DNA from: Octopus vulgaris
Taxonomy: Eukaryota
Assembly (NCBI GenBank): GCA_951406725.2
Contig: OX597821.1
Location: forward strand, 92,876,001-92,940,000
DNA length: 64,000 nt
Reading direction: 5' to 3'
In this document: positions 40,502 to 53,180 of the stretch, one piece after another
How the letters are laid out: each line of letters opens with the position of its first letter
Numbering within the stretch: the first letter of the stretch is position 1
The notes under the pieces: model-generated
The model's input: the letters and a program-made list of their open reading frames with translations, nothing else
The model's database searches: none
Told to the model about the DNA's origin: nothing
Program-made: the position numbers and the translations under genes

Positions 40502-41192
40502 ACAAAACTATGAGAGAATCCACTATGTGGACGCTCTAACGCTAGAGATAGATCCGCAAAGGGAATCCACCACCAAAGAATTGTTCTCAAGGAATAATTT
40601 AACACACCAAGAACGTAAGCGAGCAAGACAAATGAAAAATAACGAAAATATCCATTAACTCTATACAATTGTTTCATCGTTAATAAATTATGTAATTTTA
40701 CTTACAGAAATATCTTCGATTCATCAGTAGAGTACGTCAAAAATATAATTTGTCGAACTGCACGGCAAATATCAACACGAGGTTGGAGAGAGGCTAACAG
40801 TTCGGCCGATTATATTCAGTTATATTCAAATGCCCTCGTTCTGGCGCGCTAAATTGACGGATATAAATACTGCACAAGTAATTTACTGCCGGTTTGAGAA
40901 CATATTAATTTATAATTAAAGTCAAAATAAGGGTGAAAAAATTGGATATTAATTTAATAACACCAATCTAAACACCAAGTGGTCTAGCGTATAAAACACT
41001 GGGATTCAGTAAATATTATTAATAAAAAACTATGAGAGAGAATCCACTATGTGGACGCTCTAACGCTAGATATAGATCCGCAAAAGGAATCCACCACCAA
41101 AGAATTGTTCTCTTTTGGTGTTTAGATTGGTGTTATTAAATTAATATCCAATTTTTTCACCCTTATTTTGACTTTAATTATAAATTAATATA
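40502..41192 (-). mobile_element. Penelope-like pseudo-LTR / retrozyme-like element (direct repeat, inverted repeat and hammerhead)
   Basis: Direct repeat 40504-40589/41026-41112; inverted repeat 40902-40978/41115-41191; (TA)n flanks. Confidence 0.65.
40658..40733 (-). ncRNA. Type I hammerhead ribozyme
   Basis: actcta CTGATGA atcg[long loop]cgat GAAA caattg TA tagagt: intact core, 6-bp stem I, 4-bp stem II, palindromic stem III, GUA cleavage triplet. Confidence 0.8.
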
Positions 41193-41203
41193 TATATATA
41201 CCA

Positions 41204-41262
<59 letters not shown>

Positions 41263-41487
41263 GTATGTATGTATACATATATGTATGTATATATATATAT
41301 GAAAAGGTCATGTATGTACGTGTGCTATACGGTCCATATTTGGATGGGTGTGAGTCTCAATAAGTTTCGTGTGATACCTGCAAGCATGGAAATCTGAATG
41401 CACCACTGAACAAGTGAATACACGAGCGCACGCACACACACACACATGCACACATGCACATATGCGTAAGTACTTGTATACAAATAT

Positions 41488-41562
<75 letters not shown>

Positions 41563-41639
41563 GGTCCCGGGTTGAGTCGGGGTTAACCAATTTCTTTTGA
41601 ATGAAACAGTTCTAGTCCTGTAGAAGCTCCTTCTATAAA

Positions 41640-41702
<63 letters not shown>

Positions 41703-41949
41703 TGTATGTATGTATAATTAATAATATCAGGGTAATAAAAATATTAGAAATGTTTACTACCAGTCGTCTAGCGTGTAGAAAAATTAGTCAATAGACTATA
41801 TATATTATTCATATGAATACAGTGTACATTTAAATACATAATAGGTATCCGTCACAGGATTCCTGGCACGCCAGAAGGAATAGCCAAAATCCAAACCACC
41901 TCTTATGTGTTTAAATGTACACTATATATATATATATATATATAAAATG

Positions 41950-42344
41950 TAAAGGACTGACCACTAAAAGTGGACGGTCAACATGCTAGATATAGACGTC
42001 AAATCGCTATTTTCCACATCAGACCATGCTGATGAGATTGCAGTTTAACCTTGCGGATAGTAACAATCGAAACTGATCAGTACATGGGTAATCATTTTTA
42101 TTCGTATATTTTCATTTGTCTTGCTTATTTTTAATGCTTTGGTTTTGTGCTGAGTTTTTATTTGAGAACATATTCTTTGTGGAAAATAGCGATTTGACGT
42201 CTATATCTAGCATGTTGACCGTCCACTTTTAGTGGTCAGTCCTTTAAATTTTGTATGTAAAAATATTTTAATTTTCGGATTTTTTTAATATGCTGGGCCA
42301 CTGGTTTTAATTGATTAATATCAATTTCTACCCTTATTAAATAT

Positions 42345-42345
<1 letters not shown>
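41950..42345 (+). mobile_element. Fold-back element with perfect 69-bp arms enclosing a hammerhead
   Basis: 41950-42018 is the reverse complement of 42178-42246; (TA)n flanks. Confidence 0.8.
42024..42087 (+). ncRNA. Type I hammerhead ribozyme
   Basis: ccatg CTGATGA gattg[loop]caatc GAAA ctgatcag TA catgg. Confidence 0.85.
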
Positions 42346-42390
<45 letters not shown>

Positions 42391-42504
42391 CATACATATA
42401 TACACACACATACATACATACATACATACATACATACATACATACATACATACATACATACATACACACACATACATACATACATACATACATACATACA
42501 TACA

Positions 42505-42536
<32 letters not shown>

Positions 42537-43598
42537 ATTATATATGTAGTGGATGGATGGAGATCTAGACGGACGGGTTGACAGACGGGCGATGGATAGT
42601 CAGATGGATCAAATTCCCTTCACAAAATATTGGGCAGTCCCCGGCTATAGTAACAAACACCTTTTCAGTGGGATCAAACCTAGAACCGTATTCTTGTGAA
42701 GCGAACTTCTAATCCTATGGCCTGCACTCACTAAACTTACTACAATCATTTCTTGACAGCACTTCATTGTACAACCTACTTGCAACGCACAATCATCGAT
42801 TATACAACTCAATGAAGGTGTCCCTACATTGTTGCTTAACTTGCTAGAAATGACAGTTTAATGTCCCTCAAATCACACCTCTATTGTCTTAGATAGAAAG
42901 AAAATGGGAAACATTGGCTAATATTGTCTTATATACATTGAGTTTGAAGGGGGGAAAAGATGGGATAATCATAGCAAGAATGCATTTGATCATGGGTTTG
43001 CTTGATCAGGCTTGACCTTTGGCTCTCCACCACCACCAACAAAACTGATTGTTGTTACCATCTTCCATTACATTAGAATGACCTTCTACTGTACATACAA
43101 TTCCAGCTACCACATATCTGTCTATACTATCTTAAACTACCTTAATTATTGTAACCATCTAGCATACCGCAACATGTCCACACCATCTCGGCTTGACCTC
43201 AACTCCAACCCTGACCCCCATAAACCACTACAAACCCTTGAATCAATTCCTTTTATTGATCCAAACGTTGCTATTCTAAAGCAATAAAGAAGTAATACGT
43301 TTCACCATCTTAAATACTATAATCATCAAAAGAGTCCCTTCAGAGCATTAATGAAGTGTCTTTGACAGCCTTTGTTACCATTCCTTTGAAACATGCTACC
43401 ATTGTTATCTAAGTATTATGTCACTGCCAGCCTTGCATAGAAGCTCTCCTAAATCTATCTTCCTCATGACTTTGAGTGCTTTTCTATAATTACTTCCCTC
43501 GCAAAATGACCACGTACCACTCCATGTCCTTTGTACGTTGAGTGTGAGTGTGTGTATATGAGTGCAGTGTCTCTGTGTGTGTGCGTGCGTGGTGTGCG

Positions 43599-43636
<38 letters not shown>

Positions 43637-43806
43637 GATGTGTAAAGGTGTACGTGTATACATGTGTTCATGTTATATCAAGGGATTTGGTTATTGGTTG
43701 TAAGAACGCATTAAAGCATATATGATAGTTTATATATATACATACATATATATATAAATATATGTATATATATATATATACATATATATATACATATACA
43801 TATTTG

Positions 43807-43852
<46 letters not shown>

Positions 43853-44200
43853 TATATATATATATATATATACACATATATATGTATACATATATATATA
43901 GATAGATAGCCAGATAGATAAAGAGATAGATATAGATATCGATATATACATATATATGTGTGTATGCATATTTATATGTGCGTGTCTATACGTACGTATA
44001 TACATCTATATATTTATTTATGTGAGTGTATGTGTATATAATTTTAGACTCCCCCATAAGTAGAGTCAACTGACGTCAATTGCAAGAGACCCTTAGATAT
44101 AACAAAATAATAATCCAGTTTACTAGCACAGTTCTACTCACTACTCCCAAAGATGTGTATAAAAAAACATCATGTCTCTTCATAAAAGTACAAACAACCA

Positions 44201-44259
<59 letters not shown>

Positions 44260-44551
44260 AACAAATATATATGTGCTGGTATATGTGTGCATATGTATAT
44301 ATGTGTATGTGTGAGTATGTGTATACGTGTACGAGTTAGTGCCTCTCTATTCATTGGGCAGGTGTATAGTAATGCAGGCCTTAATGTGAATGGTACGCGT
44401 ACATTATAGGTATGTCGGGTAGGGTTATTGGTATCCTTGTATTTATCTACTCAGTCGATGCACTTTGATGTGTTACACGCTGAAATGTATCTAATCTATG
44501 CATAGTTATTGCTCACATGACCATGTGTACGTGTTAAATATAGAAGCTCCT

Positions 44552-44599
<48 letters not shown>

Positions 44600-44915
44600 G
44601 TATACATATATAATATATATATATGCATGTGTGCATGTATGTGTGTGAATAGATAGATAGATGTATATCTGTATGTATTCATACTCATTACATATGCACA
44701 CGCGTATTCGTGGAGCATTGAATTTTACAATAAATGCACTTCTCTACGTAGATCTTGCATAGAACTATAGCCAGCATTGATGCATATATTACAATATATA
44801 TGTCTGACACAAACATATATATACTATGGACATGGATGTTCCTATGTCGGTCATGTATGTATGTATTTATGTATGTATGCATGTATGTGTGTGTATGTAT
44901 GCATGTATGTGTGTG

Positions 44916-44989
<74 letters not shown>

Positions 44990-45172
44990 CGATCGCTACC
45001 CACTAAAGCATTTTTTTATTCTCTCTCTGTTTATTTTCTCGTGTTCCTTTCTGTTGAAGAGCGTAGGCTCGAAACCTAAAAGATTTTCTCACCTTCCCGA
45101 GCGTTAAACTAATACACCTGTTTGTTGTTTATACAACAGTCTTCGTCTTTTGCTTTTTTGTAAAGTTCAACT
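44990..45172 (+). mobile_element. Short element with minimal hammerhead-like motif (45047-45082)
   Basis: cttt CTGTTGA a gagc-gtag-gctc GAAA cc TA aaag; lies between (TG)n and (TA)n. Confidence 0.65.
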
Positions 45173-45558
45173 ATATATATATATATATATGTAATTAATT
45201 AATTAAAACTTAAGGTAACAAGAATATTTATCGAAAAATTCTTAGTTACCAGTGGTCCAGCGAGAAAAGAAATGAGTCAATAAACTATATATTATTCAGA
45301 GAATAATACAGTGTACATTCAATGTACACTGTCTATATGTTCAGTCCTGGCAACCTACTGAGGACGCAGCGCCAGATATAGACTGAGATTATTTTATTTC
45401 AATCTGTATTTAAGTCTGCAGAAAACTTGCAGGGTCTAGGATTAAGGTAAAAGTTTTTATTTTTCAATCACTTTCGGAATTACAACAATTGGTGGCTTGG
45501 AGTTTTTAACTGCTCTTTCTAGCGAGTCAGATATCTTATTCTGGTATCTCTTTTGTGT

Positions 45559-45630
<72 letters not shown>

Positions 45631-45793
45631 AGATAGATAGATAGATAGATACATACATACATACATACATACATACATACATACATACATACATACATAC
45701 ATACATACATACATGTACACCTGGTTTTTATTCTGTGTATATGTGTATGTGCACATGCATCTAAGTCTACACGAGAGAATCTAATCGCTTATG

Positions 45794-46307
45794 CAGGGTA
45801 TCTCAGATTTAACTATCCATTTCAGCAAAATCGGACAGTTTTTTTTAAAATTCACTTTTATTTATGTTTATCATTTTTAATGTGTTTTAAAAGTGCTTTT
45901 TTATTTTGTTTATTATTTTATAATTTATATAATCCCTTTAAAATTTTATTTTCATTCCTGTTGGATTCCATTTATCTGTCCAAGACATCTTCTTTTCAAT
46001 TTGGCTGCAATCATTCATCTACTTCCATCCCCAGGATTGAGTGATAGTTTAACAGAAATTAAAGAACGCATTGAGTCAACAGCGTAGAAGATAAACTCCT
46101 GGGATGCTTCAACATGTTTTTTTTTCTAAGGTTAGATTGGAAATTTGCAAAGATACAGACAGAGCATATGTTGAAAATAAGATCTATAAATCTATTTATT
46201 TTGGTATCATAATTAACAAACATAAAATTCGGTCATTTTTTAAATTTTTTTTATTTTTAAATTTGCCTAATTTCATTGAAATTGATAATAAATTCTGAGA
46301 CATCCTG
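45794..46307. mobile_element. Tc1/mariner-like internally deleted element
   Basis: Imperfect TIRs cagggtatctcaga / tctgagacatcctg|ta. Confidence 0.55.
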
Positions 46308-46685
46308 TATATATAAAAAGACGGAATGGTCACAGCTGGAATGTCTTGCTGTCATAGGTCTACTTAGTCGAAACTATCTTATATTTTATACTGTTATTGA
46401 ACTGCAGGTATGACTGTGTTTAATAAAGGTATGGTTTCAAATTCATTATGACTGAGCGTCACTCTAGAAGTTGTCTTCTAGCACGGAGCTGAAATTATTA
46501 TGTCTTGTGGATGAATTTGGTTAACAGAAACTGTCAACCAAAATATATGTACGTATGTATGTATGTATGTATGTATGTATGTATGTATGTATGTATGTAT
46601 GTGTGTATGTATGAATGTATATATTTATTTATGTATGAATGGATGGATGGATGGATGCATGCATGTAAGCATGTATCTGTGTGTA

Positions 46686-47435
46686 TACGAGGCCTGATCA
46701 ATAAGTATCTGGACTGGTGCTATAAAGACAAAACTATAATACGTACTGATTTGGCATTTAGCCTCCTTCAAAGGAGTCCCCCTTCCGAAGCCACACATTT
46801 AATCCAGCGCTGTTTCCATTGATAGAAGCATTCCTAGAACTCGTTTTCTGAGATAATCAGTAGCTGCCTCGTTGCATTCTGCCTTTCAAGTGGGATCTGA
46901 TTTTTGGAAAGAAGAAAAAGTCACAAGAGGCGAGATCAGGTGAATACGGTGGCTGTCGGACCTGGTAAATGTTTTGCCTAGCCAAAAACTGCTGCACAAG
47001 CTGCGTTGTCATGGTGCAATTGCTACTCACTGGCCGCATGCAACTGTGTTTTTTTCCCCAACGAATGGCAACCTTCAAATGCCGTAAAACATCACGGTAG
47101 TACTCTTTGTTTACTGTCTGACCAGATGGAGCATACTCATGATGAACAAAATGGTTTCTTGTGGTCGAAGAAAACGGTCAACTGTGTCTTCACATTGCTT
47201 CGACTCATTCGTACTTCAATCTCGGAGAAGTTCGGGTCTTCCACTGCGAAGACTTAGCTTTTATTTCGGAGTCATAGCGATAGACCCACGATTCATCGCC
47301 TGTTATGTCCGTTTTCAAAAACTTTTTATCGTTCTCGACAAAATCAAGGAGATCTTGTGCAACTGAATCCCGAGTGTCTTTTTTTTTTGGTCAACTGAAA
47401 GCAGTTTTTGCACAAACTTAGCAGGCAGGCATCGT
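46686..47435 (-). pseudogene. Mariner transposase relic (C-terminal half plus TIR)
   Basis: QPPYSPDLASCDFFFFPKIRSHLKG (YSPDL motif); terminus ta|cgaggcctgatcaataagtat. Confidence 0.85.
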
Positions 47436-47444
47436 CTCATACCC

Positions 47445-47612
47445 AAAATAAAAGACGAAGACCGGTTGAATAAAAAAAAACAAGCAGATGTATTGGTTTG
47501 ACGCTCGGGAAGGTGAGAAAGTCATTTACATTTCGAGCCTACGCTCTTCAACAGAAAGGAACTCGAGGAAATTAACAAAGAGAGTATAAAAAGAGAGAGA
47601 ATAAAAAAAAAC
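47445..47612 (-). mobile_element. Short element with minimal hammerhead-like motif (47524-47559)
   Basis: Minus strand cttt CTGTTGA a gagc-gtag-gctc GAAA tg TA aatg. Confidence 0.6.
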
Positions 47613-47642
47613 TTGTGAAGTTTGTATTATTGTATATTGAAG

Positions 47643-47781
47643 AATTTTACAATATTGAGATAAACTCGTACTTTCATGCGTTACACAACCATCAAGTTTA
47701 TGTGGAACACGACTGTCACTGCATAAATTTGATGGTTGCCTAATGCATAAAAGTACTCGTTTATTTCAATATTGTAAAATT
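47643..47781. repeat. Imperfect hairpin (about 60-bp arms); partial inverted homolog at 48455-48536
   Basis: aattttacaatattgagataaac..ccatcaagtttatg / cataaatttgatgg..gtttatttcaatattgtaaaatt. Confidence 0.8.
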
Positions 47782-48929
47782 GTAAAAATTGCAAATAATA
47801 AAACGTGAAAATCAGACTAAGTTGGAATTTCTTTAATTACTGTATGTGTGAGTGTGTGTGTGTGTGTGCATGCATGTGTGTGAGTGCGTGCGCCTGTGTG
47901 TGTGTGTATAAAATCACTTTTACACTTCAAAACTGTTAAGTAATTCTCATAGACTTTCAAATATACATATAAATATATCTGTGGCGGGTTTTTGCTATAT
48001 AAATGCTAGTGTATATGGTTATGTATGTCTGTTTAGCCCCAAAAAGCTCTCTGAATCGATGTTTCCCCGAGAAAAACTAATTTGATTTTCGAATTCTGCG
48101 TCCCACAGACACGTAAAAATAAAAGATATAATTTGCTATAAGAAACCACACTACTTTCAGATCGACAACTATCACACTCTCTTTCATCATCATTATCTTG
48201 CATGAATATTATGGTTATCTTGAAGGTCTTTTTTTTAAATCAAGGTTCATAGTACTCCTTCTGGAAGGCTATTTAAGCATCTGTAGGCGCTTTCTCAAGA
48301 CCTGCCATAATACCTGTCCAAATCATGATGCCCTAAGTCCATCCCCTCCTCACCGTGGTGGGGACGCTGGCAACGGGTAGTGTCAGAGCTATGCCGTCGG
48401 GAACTTCGGTTCCTGGTAGGGCCACCCAAGGCGGATTATCTGACACCGAGTGGTGAAAATACTGAAATAAACGAGTGATTTCATGCATTAGGCAACCATC
48501 AAATTTATGCAGTGACAGTCGTGTTCCACATAAACTCGGTTTTAGGGCCACAACTCGGTGAAAATCCTCAGAGTGTCTGTTTCGGCAACCGGCGGCTCCT
48601 CAGTTGTTCTGTCTCTGCGTCTGTGGACAATCTGCGGCAAACAGAATGTCTCTACATGCGGGATTGTTGGGGACCGCTTGTGAAATCCACATATTCCCAC
48701 GAAACTTCTTCCAACTTCTTCGAGATGCCTCGAGGGTGGTAGAAGAAGCCGACTTCTTCTGAATGTCGCCACGAGTACAAGTACAAGTAAATCATGATGC
48801 CTTCTCTCCTTTTTAGCGTCTCAAGTTCTACTGATGATCACATCCATTTACAATCCATCCCTTGCTCCAACCTTCAGTGCACCACGGGTAGTACGAGTTT
48901 TGTCCGTAAAAAAAAAAACTTTTGAAAAG

Positions 48930-49540
48930 TCAACCTTCATATTATCTTCTGTCCATTTTGTTTAGAAGAGGCCTTTGAATTCATGTCACTGGTTACCGAT
49001 CTTTTTCAGAAGAAGACATTGGATAGTTCTGGACGCAGTTGTTTTTGCAAATACGCTCGAAAAGTTCTCCACTACTAAGACCTGGGTTCTTACAGCTACA
49101 CGCTTAATTCCTGACAAAGGACTTTGAGAAACAGCCCTCGACTGATACTTGTGGGTTCTCTTACGTATCTTCGTAAGAACTGTAACAATTTTTTTTCAGT
49201 TTCGTGATATCTTTCAACTACTTTAGAGATTTCTAATGTCGATTTACCTTTTGAAAATTCAGAAGTAATACGAGATTTCTCTGAAGCAGTTAAGTCACAT
49301 TTACGACCCATAATTACACTATTATCAGATTGCTCGTTAATAATTTGGAAAACTGAATGTTCGTGGAAATCATGCAAATGGCCGCGGTTTGTACACACTT
49401 GCTCAAAACCTCGCGTTTTTTACACATCACGCGCATATAACTGTTGCTATCATTCTGTGGAGACTTTTGTTGAATTTCAACGAGTAGTTTTTAAATAAAA
49501 GAAAAAATGCTATATCGCTTATAATTTGAAATGCAGTATA
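48930..49540 (-). pseudogene. Tc1-like transposase N-terminal relic plus 5' end
   Basis: MGRKCDLTASEKSRITSEFSKGKSTLEISKVVERYHET, a Tc1-type HTH; frameshifted. Confidence 0.7.
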
Positions 49541-49624
49541 TACATATTAATATATCTGTGGCGGGGTTTTGCTATATAAATGCTAGTGTATATGGTTATG
49601 TATGTCTGTTTAGCCCCAAAAGGT

Positions 49625-49756
49625 TAACCAACCACATGGTTCCGGGTTCAGTCCCACTGCGTGGCATCTTGGGCAAGTGTCTTCTGCTATAGCCCCGGGC
49701 CGACCAATGCCTTGTGAGTGGATTTGGTAGACGGAAACTGAAAGAAGCCTGTCGTA

Positions 49757-49803
<47 letters not shown>

Positions 49804-50010
49804 TTGTGTGTCTGTGTTTGTCCCCCTAGCATTGGTTGACAAGCAATGCTGGTGTGTTTACGTCCCCGTCACTTAGCGGTTCGGCAAAAGAGACCGATAG
49901 AATAAGTACTGGGCTTACAAATAATAAGTCCTGGGGTTGATTTGCTCGACTAAAGGCGGTGCTCCAGCATGGCCGCAGTCAAATGACTGAAACAAGTCAA
50001 AGAGTAAAGA
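49625..50010 (+). mobile_element. SINE family A (5'-truncated)
   Basis: Consensus match. Confidence 0.88.
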
Positions 50011-50136
50011 AAGAGAGAGAGAGATACGATTATAAGGAATTATTTCCTCCGATGCATAGACTTCACTTTGAAGTTCTCGGGATTTAAAACCTCATGCGTT
50101 AGAATAATGTATAAGTAAGAATCAAAGTTAACCATT

Positions 50137-51291
50137 TACATAAATATTTATATTTATTCAGCCCTAGACCCAGCATATATAAATTTCACCGAAAGTATAT
50201 TCGATGCATCTAACATATTAAAGATGTATAAATATATATGCAGTAATCAATACATTAAAAATATACATACAAAAATATATAAATATATTGATATATACAT
50301 TAAAAATATATTGAAAAAATAAATACATATATAGGTCGGCTTACAGATTATAAAACGAAGCCATAAAAAGAGTTAAGACTCCTTGATATTAAATAAATTT
50401 TCCGATGCTATCTACTCTTACAAACATAGCTTTTACTCAACATGATTCTGGGCAGAGATGAGAATCAGCATTCACACCAATTGAACAATTTTGTAAAATA
50501 ATACGACACACCACTCCTCTGCCTATAGAGCCACCAGTAGCCTGATTTTATCATGTACTGTATTTCTCATCTTCCAACCAGTCAAAAACAATTTCACTCT
50601 TTGGTCTTTTGCATATAGTTCTATAAAAACAACAACAGCACGGAGATGCAGCACGGATTTTTGTCAGTGAACAGGTCGCGGATTTTAGCGACGAAAATAT
50701 TTTGACAAATTAAACTTAAATGTTGAAGTGAATCGAGCGGCTTTTGTGTGTTTCTTAAATGGCTTACAAACACCTTCCACGCTGCAATTGTTTTCGTTCC
50801 AGCACACGATCTCAGATCAAATCACTTGCTATGCAAGTACATCTCCGTAAAATCTATAAAAAACAAACACTCAGTAATTAATTCCCTTAACATGCAGTAC
50901 TTGTGTGGCTTCTTTAGAAACTTATTTTCCTTTAAGAAGGAAGTGATGTCTTGTAATGGATGTAAATATCTTTTATCCGACAGGACAACTGAACTCCCAG
51001 AAACAGCTGCAGGATTATTAGTAGGATTATCGATACCCATGCATTTTTAAAGACTCGTAACTCTTTTTTATGGCTTCGTTTTATAATCTGTAAGCCGACT
51101 TATATATGTATTTATATTTTCAATATATTTTTAATGTATATATCTATATATTATATATTACTGTATGTATTGATTACTGTATTTATATTTATATGTTTAT
51201 ATATATTTAATGTGTTTGATGTATTGAATATACTTTCGGATAAATTCATACCTACTAGGTTTAGGGCTGAATAAATATAAATGTATATGTG
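50137..51291. mobile_element. Element with about 240-bp imperfect terminal inverted arms and internal hammerhead-like motifs
   Basis: 50137-50376 versus 51057-51291; internal 50665-50793 recurs at 28652-28779. Confidence 0.7.
50660..50709 (+). ncRNA. Candidate minimal hammerhead with G3:C8 core variant
   Basis: tttgtca GTGAACA g gtcgc-ggatttta-gcgac GAAA atat TT tgacaaa. Confidence 0.6.
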
Positions 51292-51332
51292 AAACTGATT
51301 TGCCTAACTTTGATTCTTATATATATATATAT

Positions 51333-51400
<68 letters not shown>

Positions 51401-51455
51401 ATAGATATACATATATATACATATATACATACATATATATATATACATATATATA

Positions 51456-52040
51456 CACGAGGGTTGATCAATAAGTATGCAGACTGGTGACATAGTAACG
51501 AAGCTAAAGCACTAGAGTAAAGCTGCTTAGCACAGATTGACCACAAACTGTTTTGTGTATGCGCACTAAGTTTTAACGTTCTAGCTCACTTCCGCTGCTT
51601 ACAGTACTGCTTGGAAGGAAGGTGTGTAGCGTGTGATCGTCGCATTGGCCACGATGAAGAAAGATGTCAGGGTGATACCTACTCAGAGGCCTACGCAAAG
51701 TTGGAGAAAGTGTATGGAGAGGAGTGTATGAGCCGCACATAAGTGTACGAGTGGTTCAGTTGTTTCTAAGATGGCCGAAAAAATGTTGATATTGACGAAC
51801 GTTTTGGGAGACTCGCAACCAGCAGAACTGAGAAAAACATCGCAGATGTGTGTGCAGCTGTGAGGGGAAACTAGCGATTCACCATCCGTGAGTTATCAGA
51901 GCGTGTGCAGATTAGTTACGGTTCAGTTCAGTCTGTTATCACTGAAGGTTTGGATGTGATAGGGTGTCTGCCAAGGTTATGCCAAAACTGCTTTCAGCTG
52001 ACCAAAAAGACACTTGATTGTATCGAGAACGATGAAAAAA
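51456..52040 (+). pseudogene. Mariner transposase relic (TIR plus N-terminal HTH region)
   Basis: KVYGEECMSRT*VYEWFSCF*DGRKNVDIDERFGR..FTIRELSERVQISYGSV; terminus cgagggttgatcaataagtat. Confidence 0.85.
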
Positions 52041-52356
52041 ACTTTTCGAAAACTTTGCGTAAGCCTCTGTCTACCGGAGAGAGAAAATTTAAAATATCCC
52101 CAACATCAATGCCTGTATACTCCGGTCAATAACCTCAGCCATAAACAGAACTGAGATCAGTGAAAAAATTTTCTATAAGATTATAAATATTATTACAATA
52201 CAATAATATTATCGATTGCTATTTCCAGCAAAAATTGGTACCTTGTTGTGCCACTATTTCCTATTTATAATTCTTTCATTACGATGCTTTATTTCGCTGG
52301 AAAATAATATTATTGTATTGGAATAATATTTGTATTTTTATATATGTATGTATAAT

Positions 52357-52716
<360 letters not shown>

Positions 52717-52785
52717 GGAGTAAACACATAAATGTGAAACAAGGTGGAAAAAAGAGTACTCAAATACCAGGGGTAGAGTAATATG

Positions 52786-52966
52786 CTTTATTTAAAAGCA
52801 GCAAAAATTCAACAAAACCTGTTACTCTGAGTTTCACGTTCCAGTTCATCGGACAGATTTTTGTTAAAAAAAAATTTTTTTTTTTTAACAAAAACTGTCC
52901 GACGAACAGGAATGTGAAACTCAGAGTAACAGGTTTTGTTGAATTTCTGCTGCTTTTTAAATAAAG
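52786..52966. repeat. Spacerless hairpin (about 90-bp arms), each arm carrying a hammerhead-like motif
   Basis: Plus 52895-52932 ctgt CCGACGA aca-ggaa-tgt GAAA ctc-a-gag TA acag; minus 52819-52856 ctgt CCGATGA ac..gt GAAA ctc-a-gag TA acag. Confidence 0.75.
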
Positions 52967-52969
52967 TAA

Positions 52970-53032
<63 letters not shown>

Positions 53033-53143
53033 GTCAATTCAAAAAACAAACAATTAAAAAACAGAAGAAAAAAGGAAAAAATGAACGTGAGGACGTGCAC
53101 AAGTAATATAATATTAATTTCATGCTCGGTGAAAGCAGAGAGT

Positions 53144-53180
53144 TTTTAACGTTTCGAGCAAAGCTCTTCGTCGGAAAGAG
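53144..53180 (-). ncRNA. Minimal hammerhead-like motif (U4C core)
   Basis: cttt CCGACGA a gagc-ttt-gctc GAAA cg TT aaaa. Confidence 0.5.

Noticed and set aside
45352-45375. CTGAGGA cgc-a-gcg as a hammerhead core
   Set aside because: No following GAAA or stems I and III
46686-52040. A single mariner element spanning both transposase halves
   Set aside because: The TIRs are in direct orientation and the halves lie on opposite strands; treated as separate relics
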